A stretch of DNA of 64,000 nucleotides from Eledone cirrhosa (lineage: Eukaryota): contig OZ024741.1 of the NCBI GenBank assembly GCA_964016885.1, forward strand, positions 224,502,001-224,566,000, written 5' to 3'. How positions within the stretch are numbered: position 1 is the stretch's first letter; each line of letters begins with the position of its first letter. A model generated the notes under the pieces. It was not told the origin of the DNA, did not search any database, and saw nothing but the letters and a program-made list of their open reading frames with translations. The translations under genes and the position numbers were made by a program. Below are positions 40,390 to 53,059 of the stretch, piece after piece.

Positions 40390-41321
40390 AAACTAGTTTT
40401 CATATTATAATAAGAATGAAATAAGAATGAAATAACTAAATGCTATTTCATGTTACAATCTAAAACAAACCAAATCAAATCAATGAGGAAGAACAAGTAA
40501 GTAAGTCATTTGGAATTCAATGTTCAATGTTCAATGTATAAAAAAAACAACAACAACATATCTATGAAAACAAATAAACAAAGAAAAATACACAAAAAAA
40601 GGCTAAAACAAATTCCAAGTGTCAAAATTATATTTGTTCTTCTGAAACAGCTTCTTCTTCCCTCTCTACATAAATAAACTTCTCCATATATGATGAGGCT
40701 TAATATAACTACAGTAAACTGTCATTAACTGTAGTCTTAACTTGATTGACTCAAAACCAAAACCAATAAATAAATAAGTAAATGAAAATAAAAATAAAAA
40801 TAAAGAGAGAGAAATAATTTAGACACCTTGTCAAAAAAAAAAACCAAAAAAAAAAACCAAAAAAAATACAAAAAGAATACAAAGCAAAAAATGAAGTAAC
40901 AGACATGTCATGTAAAAGCAATCACATGAAATAAAAATAATAATAACAACAACAGCTGTAGCAGTAACAACAACTGCAGAAAATAATGTGACGATAAAAT
41001 ATAAATGGTTTCATTTGGTATTCAAACAAACCATTCGAATGGTTTTAGTATTGGCAGTGTAACCTTGGTAACGAACACAATTTTAAAAATATTTTTTGCA
41101 TTTTTTTTTTGTATTTGTATTTGTATTTGTATTTATAAATTTTGCAATTTTTCCATCTCTGCCAATACTACCACAGCTATTGACTACACTGTAGATCTGA
41201 GGCAGCTATCTTGGTGAGCAAATGAACAGTGAGCAGAGAATTTCAACCATATATTACTGACAAGCCTGGTTGCTAAAATATCTCTGGAGAAAGAAAGATA
41301 TGTATTATAGCTTAGAAATTC

Positions 41322-41406
<85 letters not shown>

Positions 41407-42118
41407 TTAGGAGAGGTGGGGGGAGAGCTGTATTTTACTGAAAAAAACATCACTAATTTATGCAAGTTCTCTGTTCTGTACACACACATTTCTGTGCACT
41501 TACAGAATATAAGACTGAAAACAAAATAGAATAAAACCCCCAAAATAACAGACACCCAATGTAAATGAAAGCTTATAACAGCACAAAAACAACAACAAAA
41601 AACACAAGAAAAAACATAAGTCTTTAACAAAATATATATTTTATATAAGAAATTTTCCTTGGGTTGGGGAAAAAGATCACAAAACAAATAACCAAACAGT
41701 AAAAAATACAAACAAAAAAACTCAAATCTTAAACTCCCAAATAATAATTTCCACATTAATGTAAGAAAGGAGGAGGAAGAGGGGGAGCATGTTGAGAAGA
41801 GAGCAGAGCAATGTTAACAGACCAAAACTGGTTTCCTAGAGTTGGAGATGTCATCTTTTGGATCAGTTCTATAGTATAGCGAAAGAGTCTCATGCTGAGT
41901 TACCTTGGTTACCACTATTGGAAAGGCTATTGATTTCAATGCTAAAATGGTTGTAATGCAGTAATCCTCAGCCAGTTTTGAGACACACACACTTTGCTAA
42001 CTAAAACAAGCATTGGCTTGATTTTCTCTTCAGTTTTTCCCAATGAAACAGTCAGTAAGATAATTATCCCCTTTGTACAGCAACCATTAGCTAGATTGCT
42101 TCGTACAAACATAAATTA
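40390..42118 (-). other. Putative long 3' UTR of the minus-strand gene
   Basis: Largely TE-free and U-rich on the minus strand, directly after the candidate stop codon. The polyA site was not located. Confidence 0.4.
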
Positions 42119-42161
42119 TCACATCTTATGTACTGGGCGGGTTCGCTTTAAGCTCTTTAAC
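42119..42161 (-). CDS. Candidate terminal coding exon (R)LKSLKRTRPVHKM*
   Basis: Acceptor TTGTTTTGATTCAGTTTAG|G. The phase matches exon 48361-48426. Confidence 0.45.
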
Positions 42162-42184
42162 CTAAACTGAATCAAAACAAACTG

Positions 42185-42470
42185 TTATTATTTGGTTCAC
42201 TGTTCTTGTTATTGTTGTTGTTATTGTTGTTGCTGTTGTTGTTGTTGTTATTGTTGCTGTTGTTGCTGTTGTTATTATTGCTCATGCAATATATATTGGT
42301 GTAGTTATTATTATTATTATTAATGTTGTTGTTTGTTATGACATTGTTATTGGTAGTGTTATTGTTGTTGTTGTTGTTGTTGTTGTTGTTATAAGCCACG
42401 CAATTAGTATAGTTATTTATATTGCTGCTTCTGTTGTTGTTATTGTTGTTGATGTTGTTGTTGTTATAAA
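42185..42470. repeat. (TTG/TTA)n tract
   Basis: Visible. Confidence 0.9.
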
Positions 42471-42524
42471 TCATGCAATTAGTATAGTTATTATTTTCAT
42501 CATTGGTTTTATATTGCTTCCTCT

Positions 42525-45030
42525 GTTGTTATGACATTGTTATTGGTGGTGTTATTGTTGTTGTTGTTTGTTATGACATTGTTATTGGTGCTGTTATTGT
42601 TGTTGTTGTTTGTTATGACATTGTTATTGGTGCTGTTATTGTTGTTGTTGTTTGTTATGACTTTGTTATTGGTGGTGTTATTGTTGTTGTTGTTTGTTAT
42701 GACATTGTTATTGGTGCTGTTATTGTTGTTGTTGTTTGTTATGACATTGTTATTGGTGGTGTTATTGTTGTTGTTGTTTGTTATGACATTGTTATTGGTG
42801 GTGTTATTGTTGTTGTTGTTTGTTATGACATTGTTATTGGTGGTGTTATTGTTGTTGTTGTTTGTTATGACATTGTTATTGGTGGTGTTACTGTTGTTGT
42901 TTGTTATGACATTGTTATTGGTGGTGTTATTGTTGTTGTTGTTTGTTATGACATTGTTATTGGTGCTGTTATTGTTGTTGTTGTTTGTTATGACATTGTT
43001 ATTGGTGGTGTTATTGTTGTTGTTGTTTGTTATGACATTGTTATTGGTGCTGTTATTGTTGTTGTTGTTTGTTATGACATTGTTATTGGTGGTGTTATTG
43101 TTGTTGTTGTTTGTTATGACATTGTTATTGGTGCTGTTATTGTTGTTGTTGTTTGTTATGACATTGTTATTGGTGGTGTTATTGTTGTTGTTGTTTGTTA
43201 TGACATTGTTATTGGTGCTGTTATTGTTGTTGTTGTTTGTTATGACATTGTTATTGGTGGTGTTATTGTTGTTGTTGTTTGTTATGACATTGTTATTGGT
43301 GGTGTTATTGTTGTTGTTGTTTGTTATGACATTGTTATTGGTGCTGTTATTGTTGTTGTTGTTTGTTATGACTTTGTTATTGGTGGTGTTACTGTTGTTG
43401 TTGTTTGTTATGACATTGTTATTGGTGCTGTTATTGTTGTTGTTGTTTGTTATGACTTTGTTATTGGTGGTGTTATTATTGTTGTTGTTTGTTATGACAT
43501 TGTTATTGGTGGTGTTATTGTTGTTGTTGTTTGTTATGACATTGTTATTGGTGCTGTTATTGTTGTTGTTGTTTGTTATGACTTTGTTATTGGTGGTGTT
43601 ATTGTTGTTGTTGTTTGTTATGACATTGTTATTGGTGGTGTTATTGTTGTTGTTGTTTGTTATGACATTGTTATTGGTGGTGTTATTGTTGTTGTTGTTT
43701 GTTATGACATTGTTATTGGTGGTGTTATTGTTGTTGTTGTTTGTTATGACATTGTTATTGGTGCTGTTATTGTTGTTGTTGTTTGTTATGACTTTGTAAT
43801 TGGTGGTGTTATTGTTGTTGTTGTTTGTTATGACATTGTTATTGGTGGTGTTATTGTTGTTGTTGTTTGTTATGACATTGTTATTGGTGGTGTTATTATT
43901 GTTGTTGTTTGTTATGACTTTGTTATTGGTGGTGTTATTGTTGTTGTTGTTTGTTATGACATTGTTATTGGTGGTGTTATTGTTGTTGTTGTTTGTTATG
44001 ACATTGTTATTGGTGGTGTTATTGTTGTTGTTGTTGTTTGTTATGACATTGTTATTGGTGATGTTATTGTTGTTGTTGTTTGTTATGACATTGTTATTGG
44101 TGGTGTTATTGTTGTTGTTGTTTGTTATGACATTGTTATTGGTGGTGTTATTGTTGTTGTTGTTTGTTATGACTTTGTTATTGGTGGTGTTATTGTTGTT
44201 GTTGTTTGTTATGACATTGTTATTGGTGCTGTTATTGTTGTTGTTGTTTGTTATGACTTTGTTATTGGTGGTGTTATTGTTGTTGTTGTTTGTTATGACT
44301 TTGTTATTGGTGGTGTTATTGTTGTTGTTGTTTGTTATGACTTTGTTATTGGTGCTGTTATTGTTGTTGTTGTTTGTTATGACTTTGTTATTGGTGGTGT
44401 TATTGTTGTTGTTGTTTGTTATGACTTTGTTATTGGTGGTGTTATTGTTGTTGTTGTTTGTTATGACATTGTTATTGGTGCTGTTATTGTTGTTGTTGTT
44501 TGTTATGACTTTGTTATTGGTGGTGTTATTGTTGTTGTTGTTTGTTATGACTTTGTTATTGGTGGTGTTATTGTTGTTGTTGTTTGTTATGACATTGTTA
44601 TTGGTGCTGTTATTGTTGTTGTTGTTTGTTATGACTTTGTTATTGGTGGTGTTATTGTTGTTGTTGTTTGTTATGACATGGTTATTGGTGGTGTTATTGT
44701 TGTTGTTGTTTGTTATGACATTGTTATTGGTGGTGTTATTGTTGTTGTTGTTTGTTATGACATTGTTATTGGTGGTGTTACTGTTGTTGTTGTTTGTTAT
44801 GACATTGTTATTGGTGGTGTTATTGTTGTTGTTGTTTGTTATGACATTGTTATTGGTGGTGTTATTGTTGTTGTTGTTTGTTATGACATTGTTATTGGTG
44901 GTGTTATTGTTGTTGTTGTTTGTTATGACATTGTTATTGGTGGTGTTATTGTTGTTGTTGTTTGTTATGACATTGTTATTGGTGGTATTATTGTTGTTTG
45001 TTATGACATTGTTTTTGGTGGTGTTATTGT
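42525..45030. repeat. 39-bp minisatellite, ~64 copies (TGTTATGACATTGTTATTGGTGGTGTTATTGTTGTTGTT)
   Basis: Highly homogeneous tandem array. The 873-aa and 422/411-aa ORFs are its translations. Confidence 0.97.
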
Positions 45031-45073
45031 TGTGATTGCTGTTGTTTTTGTTATTGATGTAATAGGTGTAATT

Positions 45074-46250
45074 GGTGGATTGGCAGTATCAGTAGAGAGT
45101 TGGACGCCATGCTTTGCAGAATAGAGTTACGGCCCTTTATGGTCTGAGTTCAAAACCTGCCGAGGTTAGCTTTGCCTTTCATCCTTATGGGGTTGATAAA
45201 ATAAAGTACCAGTAATGTACTGGGATAATTGCTGGCCTTGTGCCAAAAGTAGAAAAAATTATATTATCTAATATGTCCTTCATTTTATAAAGATGGCATA
45301 ATGTAAATAGAGGGGAATTTGGTTACTATTTCTAGCAGGTTGAGAAACTGCATGAAGGTTTCCCTCTTCTCAGTATTAGCATTGTTGGTGGTGGGGAATT
45401 GCAGTATTTGGGGTTATCAATTCCCTGTTCCTATTGTTGTATTGACAAAGTTGATAGAGCGCTGGATATGTTTGTTCTGACATCAATACTCTGAGTTTCA
45501 TTCAAATTCCATCTCGAGTCACTTTGCCTTTCATTCTTATGGGGTCTGTAAAGAAACAAACAGCTGAGTATTAGTAACTAATTTAATTGACTTTCTCCCC
45601 ACACCTTATGGCCGGGTATGTCTCTAAATTAGAGCGGAATTCTTTGAGCATCTGACAAAACACATTGCACCATTTAGTTACAGCCCTTTATATTCAAAAC
45701 TTGCGGAGCTCAGCTTTACCTTTCATCCCCCTGAGGTTGATAAAATAAAGTACCAGTCACATACTGGGGTCAATCTAATTGACTTCTCTTTACCAAACAT
45801 TGTTAGCCTTGTGCCTAAATTGGAAATCATTATTATCATTAGTGATAGGGCGGTGGATTGGCAGTATCGGTAGAGGGGCGGACGCCATGCTTTGATGCAT
45901 TGAGTTACGGCCCTTGCCATTCTGAGTTCAAATTCCGCCGAGGTTAACTTTGCCTTTCACCCTTATGGGCTCGATAAAATAAAGTACCAGTAATACACTG
46001 GGTAATTTCTGGCCTTGTGCCAAAAGTAGAAACAATTATTATCATAGTGATAATAGGGCAGTGGATTGGCAGTATTGGTAGAAGGTCGGACACCATACAT
46101 TGCAGCATAGAATTATGGCCCTTTGTGATCTTAGTTCAAATTCCGATGAGGTTAATTTTGCCTTTCATCCTTACAGGGTTGATTAAATAAAGTACCAGTT
46201 ATGCACTGGGATAATTGCTAGCCATGTGCCAAAAGTAGACACAGTTATTA
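45074..46250 (+). mobile_element. Array of ~5 family-A SINEs
   Basis: Repeated A/B boxes and body. Confidence 0.88.
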
Positions 46251-46353
46251 TCATTACTACTAGTGCAGTCTTCTCTTCTTTCAGCTGTCACATCCTCAAT
46301 GTTAAATGATGATGAAGATGATGATGATGATTATGATATATATATATAATGGG

Positions 46354-46942
46354 TGAAGGCACATGGCTTAGTGGTTAGAGTATTGGGCTTGCAATCGAAA
46401 GGTTGTGAGTTCAATTCTCGGACCGGGTGATGTGTTGTTTCCTTGAGCAAGACACTTTATTTCACATTGCTCCATTTACTCAGCTGTAGAAATGAGATGA
46501 TAGGGACTGAGGTCCATATCATTCCACTGCAAAGTGGTCATGGAGGTGCCACGGCAAAAAAACACCCAGCACACACTGCAAAGTGGACGTGTAGGGGCCA
46601 CGGAAAAAAAAACACCCAGCACTCACTGTAAAGTGGACGTGTAGGGGCCACGGAAAAAAAAACACCCAGCACACACTGCAAAGTGGACGTGTAGGGGCCA
46701 CGGAAAAAAAAAACACCCAGCACACACTGCAAAGTGGACGTGTAGGGGCCACGGAAAAAAAAAAACCCAGCACTCACTGTAAATGAGGTTGGTGTTAGGA
46801 AGGGCATGCAGCTGTAGAAATCAAGCCAGAATCAGTTCCCGTATGAGCAAGGCAAGGTCAACCGACTGGACACTGCCCACAGCAGGACAACCCTAGCATG
46901 GAAGAACGGACGTAAAACGGTGATGATGATGATGATGATGAT
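46354..46942 (+). mobile_element. Full-length SINE family B with internal ~58-bp tandem amplification
   Basis: tRNA head (TGGCTTAGTGG; GAGTTCAATTC), CCTTGAGCAAGACACTT central domain, four copies of CACTGYAAAGTGG..CCACGG(A)nCACCCAGCA, and a (GAT)n tail. Confidence 0.9.
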
Positions 46943-47114
46943 AATATGAATTGCTTCCACAACATCTACTAAATTTCACTCATAAACCATTAGTCAACCC
47001 AATGCTGTAGTACAAGTTGCTTGCTGAAGGTGCCAAACAGTGGGATTTAATAAAAATAACTAGGTGATTGTGAAGTGAAGACAGGACTGTCTATGTTTGT
47101 TGTAAATTTAATAA

Positions 47115-47520
47115 ATGATTCTAAACACACACACACAAACACACACAGGCACAGTTCAACACTCACACACACACATACATGTACAGATCAACAATCACAC
47201 ACACACAAACACACACAGGCACAGTTCAACACTCACACACACACATACATGTACAGATCAACAATCACACACACACATACATGTACAGATCAACAATCAC
47301 ACACACACATACATGTACAGATAAACAATCACACACACACATACATGTACAGATCAACAATCACACACACACATACATGTACAGATAAACAATCACACAC
47401 ACACATACATGTACAGATAAACAATCACACACACACATACATGTACAGATCAACAATCACACACACACATACATGTACAGATAAACAATCACACACACAC
47501 AAGACACACACAAACACACA
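47115..47520. repeat. ~32-bp CA-rich minisatellite (CATACATGTACAGATCAACAATCACACACACA)
   Basis: Visible. Confidence 0.9.
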
Positions 47521-47787
47521 TGCATAGATAAACATACACACACTCGCACGCACACACAAACACAAACGCACACATGCACAGATCAACAGTCACACACACA
47601 GACACACAGACACACAAACTCACACACAAACATACACTTACACACATGCACAGATCAACAATCACACACGCACGCATACAAACACACACACAGACACACG
47701 CACACACAGATCAACAATCACTCACACACGCACATACATACACAGACACAAATAAACACATATACACACACCTACAACATCATCAAA

Positions 47788-47795
47788 ACCACCAC

Positions 47796-47833
<38 letters not shown>

Positions 47834-48320
47834 TCGTCGCCGCCGCCGCCGCCACCACCACCGCCGCCACCGCCGCCACCACCACCGCCACCACCACCAC
47901 CACCACCACCACCATCACCACCACCACCGTCGCCACCGCCGCCACCACCACCACCACCACCACCACTACCACCACCACCACCACCGCCACCACCACCACC
48001 ACCACCACCGCCGCCACCACCACCACCGCCACCACCACCACCACCACCGCCACCACCACCACCGCCACCACCACCGCCACCACTACCACCACCACCACCG
48101 CCGCCACCACCACCACCGCCACCACCACCACCGCCACCACCACCACCGCCACCACCACCGCCACCACTACCACCACCACCCCCACCACCGCCGCCACCAC
48201 CACCACCACCACCACCACCGCCGCCACCACCACCACCGCCACCACCACCACCACCACCACCACCACCGCTGCCACCACCACCACCGCTGCCACCACCACC
48301 ACCGCCACCACCACCACCAA
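47788..48320. repeat. (CCA/CCG)n trinucleotide repeat
   Basis: Visible. Confidence 0.95.
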
Positions 48321-48360
48321 CTACATCAACAACATCAACAACAACACAAATCTTGCATAC

Positions 48361-48426
48361 CTGCAAAATGTTACATCTAAAGGCTCATTACACACCTGTA
48401 TGTTATGAATAGTGATATTTTCAAAG
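48361..48426 (-). CDS. Candidate 66-nt internal exon FENITIHNIQVCNEPLDVTFC(R)
   Basis: Acceptor TGTTTATTTATCTGTAG and donor CAG|GTATGC. Only one frame is open (phase 2/2), and it joins 42161 in frame. Confidence 0.5.
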
Positions 48427-48740
48427 CTACAGATAAATAAACATAGAAGATGCATTTATTTATTATAGCTACATGTAACGAGTGCAGTGTGGTGTGCATT
48501 TATTGCAATCATGTTAAGAATTGCAATGCCCTAGAAATCAATGTTTTCACGTGAATAGAGACAAAATATGGCAAACAAATGTTTGTGATATTTTGTAAAA
48601 ATCACATTATTGTGGAAATGATGAAATGTATTGAGATGTTTTTAGCATACTGACTGAGCCCTTTCACATTCATACAAACACATATACACATAAACATATA
48701 TACGTACATATATATATATACATACATTCATATATACATA

Positions 48741-49296
48741 TATGGTGGCTGCCAACTTGTTTTCGAGTACGGCCACTACTTTATATCCATGTAGGAGAAC
48801 CCCTACCGAAGCGCTGAACGAGTGTGACTTTTTAGTCCAGCCAGCGACCCGAAAACTCTGGTACAAACACCACACTTGTGACAATTATTGACACATAGTG
48901 CTGGGCCCATGGTACCATGTGACGACAAGTGTAGAGAGATCTCCAGATATAAAGCAATGCCTGTGCCGTGAAGATTTTATAGTGAGCAAAGGCACTGCAC
49001 AAAGCCAGTCCCACTCTCTTAACCAAGATGATATTTACCAAAAAGAAGAACAATTCAACATCATTGGATACCATCAGAGTTGCAGGTGTTATATCAGAGT
49101 TTTCCTTCTCCTAGAATTCTGCCTTGACAAAGGCTAAGGGGTCATCTCTCCCGGTGATTTTGGATGGCCATTGACTCTTAAGAGCTCCTTTGCCCTTTGA
49201 CAGGTTTTGTTTTTAGTCCTGCAGGATGTCCAAAGTCACCCACCTTACCAAGAAACCTTGGTGGGGTTGCCAGTTTAGTCGCCAACGACCCGACCA
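48741..49296 (-). mobile_element. Non-autonomous element resembling an RTE 5' region (family 5), copy 1
   Basis: Near-identical to 49700-50240 and 51825-52172. Contains TTAGCC..AAGGCA..CTAGGAGAAGGAAAACTCTG. Confidence 0.7.
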
Positions 49297-49699
49297 TATA
49301 TACATATATACATATATACATATATACATACATACATATATACATATATACATACATACATACGTATATACATATATACATACGTATATTCATTCCAGTG
49401 GCGAAGGGTAACCTGGAAAGCAGGGCATGCAGTCCAATTGCCATGGCAGAAAGTGGGGCTGTGCAGCCTTACCCCCCCCTCTAATTCCCTCTAAATGACC
49501 CTCCCGGTCAAAGCCGCGTGTAGTGTTATCTAGTGTGTGTGTGTGTGTGTTATCTTTTTATGTGTCTACGGTTTAGTAAGCAGCCAAAATTCTGCTTGCT
49601 TCAACCGATGCAATTGATCAACTCAAGATTCTATAATGCATGCACTGCATGCGTTGCATGCACGGACCCTTTGCCCCTGATACATTCATATATACATAC

Positions 49700-50240
49700 A
49701 TGGTGGCTGCCAACTCGTTTTCGAGTACGGCCACTACTTTATATCCATGTAGGAGAACCCCTACCGATGCGCTGAACGAGTGTGACTTTTTAGTCCAGCC
49801 AGCGACCATGGTACCATGTGACGACAAGTGCAGAGAGATCTCCAGATATAAAGCAATGCCTGTGCCGTGAAGCTTTTATAGTGAGCAAAGGCACTGCACA
49901 AAGCCAGTCCCACTCTCTTAACCAAGATGATATTTACCAAAAAGAAGAACAAGTCAACATCATTGGATACCATCAGGGTTGCAGGTGTTATATCAGAGTT
50001 TTCCTTCTCCTAGAATTCTGCCTTGACAAAGGCTAAGGGGTCATCTCTCCCGGTGATTTTGGATGGCCATTGACTCTTAAGAGCTCCTTTGCCCTTTGAC
50101 AGGTTTTGTTTTTAGTCCTGCAGGATGTCCAAAGTCACCCTCCTCACCCTCCTCACCAAGAAACCTTGGTGGGGTTGCCAGTTTAGTCGCCAACGACCCG
50201 ACCATGGGACAGGTTGTACTGGGATACATGTTACCAGTAG
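49700..50240 (-). mobile_element. Family 5, copy 2 (longest 5' extension, internal deletion)
   Basis: Same right-hand (minus-strand 3') boundary ...GGCAGCCACCAT followed by microsatellite. Confidence 0.7.
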
Positions 50241-50493
50241 CACCAACTGGTGACCTGACATACATATACATACATATATACATATATACATACATACATA
50301 TATACATATATACATATATATATATATACATACATATATACATATATACATACATACATATATACATATATACATATATATATATATACATACATATATA
50401 CATATATACATACATATATACATACATCATCATCATCATCATCATCATTTTACGTCCGCTTTTCCCTGCTTCATACATATATAAATATGGTCA

Positions 50494-51792
50494 TCAGAAC
50501 TGTCAGCGTACAACAAATACATTGCCCACAATACTTATGCTGTGCCAATTCTAACGCCAACATTTGGCCTGCTGAACTGGTCATTGCAAGAACTAAGTGA
50601 GATGGATGTTAGAACTCGCAAACTTCTCAGTGTTACTGGGAACTTTAACATCAATGGTGATGTGAATAGGCTATACTTCTCACGCAAGGAAGGTGGCCGG
50701 GGTCTAAAATCAATATTAACAACATATGAGACCCGGATAGTAACACTGAAGCAACACCTTCAACAGAGGAAAAAGGTTGGCAACCATCTTGCCCAGGTTT
50801 ATGAGCATGAAAAAAAAATATCATTAGAATAGCAACTGATCTGGAGGAAAGATATGGAATAAAGCCTGATATAAATCTCTCACCCAGAGAAATCGGAAGA
50901 TCCTATTCAATGTTCAAACAAGATGAAAAAATTGACCAATTTACAGAAAAAGTTGTGCATGGATACTTGAGACGTAAAACACAGACCATAGAGGGGATAA
51001 ACCACTCAAAAAGCCTGGCATGGAGTTCTGACAGGTTTATGACATCACACCTTGAGGGATATCTCTATGCAATACAGGAACAAGAACTCCCTACCAAATA
51101 TCTGTGCACAAAAGGGGAGGGCCAGCAGCTGACAATAAATGTAGGCTATGTAAAACAAAGATCGAGGATGTAAGCCACATTTTTGCCAGCTGCGAAAGAA
51201 TGTCATCTCACTACTACCTCCCCATGAGACACGATGAGATAGCTACAACCATCTGGAACGCACTTCGGAAAACAAAATTAACAACAAACGAGGAAGAATA
51301 TATTGAGACAGATGGCACTAAGGAATACTGGTGGAACCTGAAAATAAAAACTGCCACCAAATTAAAGCACAACCGGCCTGATATTGTTGTTTGGGACCAC
51401 ACATTGAAAACGTGTTCTGTTTTGGAGATCAGCTGCCCACTTGATGTAAACGTTGTCAGAAAAATACAGGAGAAGGAGGACATCTACGGACCATTGATGA
51501 GGAGTTTGCAAATCCAGTATCCAAGATACACCTTTAGCTTCATACCCATCATTATTGGAGCTACGGGTTATATACCAACCCGTTTGGACCAAAGTATGAC
51601 TGAACTTGGATTTGCAGACAAAGAGCGCAGCTCCCTAATTCATAGTCTACAAATGGCTGCGATAGGTGGCACCTTCAAAATTTGCAAAACATTCTTGCGA
51701 TTCAAGGAATGACAATTTCTTTTCTTTTACAACCTTGCCACCAGGAAGGTGTCCGGTCAAAAAAATATACTCGAAATTAAGAGAAATAGATA
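50494..51792 (+). mobile_element. R4/Dong-like non-LTR retrotransposon, 5'-truncated (RT thumb, CCHC finger, restriction-like endonuclease)
   Basis: Motifs RLYFSRKEGGRGL, AIQEQELPTK, CRLC..EDVSHIFASC, RHDEI, HNRPDIVVWD..LEISCP..K..Y and IPIIIGATG. Two frameshifts. Confidence 0.9.
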
Positions 51793-51824
51793 ACATATAC
51801 ATACATATATACACATATATATAT

Positions 51825-52250
51825 ATGGTGGCTGCCAACTCGTTTTCGAGTACGGCCACTACTTTATATCCATGTAGGAGAACCCCTACCGATGTGCTGA
51901 ATGAGTGTGACTTTTTAGTCCAGCCTGTGACATGAAAACTCTGGTACAAACACTACACTTGTGACAATTATTGACACATAGTGCTGGGCCCATGGTACCA
52001 TGTGACGACAAGTGCAGAGAGATCTCCAGATATAAAGCAATGCCTGTGCCGTGAAGCTTTTATAGTGAGCAAAGGTACTGCACAAAGCCAGTCCCACTCT
52101 CTTAACCAAGATGATATTTACCAAAAAGAAGAACAAGTCAACATCATTGGGTTGCAGGTGTTATATCAGAGTTGACCGAGAGAGATGACCGGGAGAGATG
52201 ACTCCTTAGCCTTTGTCAAGGCAGAATTCTAGGAGAAGGAAAACTCTGAT
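51825..52250 (-). mobile_element. Family 5, copy 3 with inverted 5' segment (52202-52250)
   Basis: CCTTAGCCTTTGTCAAGGCAGAATTCTAGGAGAAGGAAAACTCTGAT appears in the opposite orientation. Confidence 0.7.
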
Positions 52251-52396
52251 ATATATATACATATATATACATACATATATACATATATAAATACATACAT
52301 TCATATATATATATATATATATATATATACATTCATACATACATATATAAATGCGTGTGTGTGGGTACATATATATATATATATATATATATAGTA

Positions 52397-52670
52397 TCAG
52401 ACCAGGTGATGTGTTGTTTCCTTGAGCAAGACACTTTATTTCACATTGCTCCAGTTTACTCAGCTGTAGAAATGAGATGATAGGGACTGGGGTCCATATC
52501 ATACCACTGCAAAGTGGTCGTGGAGGTGCCACGACAAAAAAGCACCCAGCACTCACTGTAAATGAGGTTGGTGTTAGGAAGGGCATCCAGCTGTAGAAAT
52601 CAAGCCAGAATCAGTTCCCGTCCCACCCTTGCAAGCAGGGAAAAGCAGACGTAAAATGAATGATGATGAT
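52397..52670 (+). mobile_element. SINE family B, 5'-truncated
   Basis: Near-identical to the reverse complement of 5050-5336. Confidence 0.88.
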
Positions 52671-53059
52671 ATATATATATACATACATTCATACATACAT
52701 ATATAAATGTGTGTGTGTGGGTATACATATATATATATTCAATATGACAAAACACCAAGGTTAACAAGTTAAATTCATTCTTTAATTTCTACATCCATTT
52801 CAATAATGGTTACAATGGTACATGCATATGTAAACAACTGGAAATAATTAATTATAAATTATTAACACCATACAAAATACATATAACTGCATATCTTCAG
52901 GAAAATGTGAGGAAGAACAATGTTTAACAAGTTCAAATGGTTTCAAGAATAGACTTGTTATGAAACAATGAGAGTAAAGAATTAAATTTATAAAAAAACA
53001 TATTTTGTACATGAAGTTTTTATAGTAAAAATACTGCATGTACATATATATATATATCA

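Noticed and set aside
42503-45124. 873-aa ORF of 13-aa repeats (CYDIVIGGVIVVV)
   Set aside because: Translation of a 39-bp minisatellite; an alternative frame is about equally open.
47574-48380. Poly-His/Gly/Val ORFs
   Set aside because: Trinucleotide repeat open in several frames.
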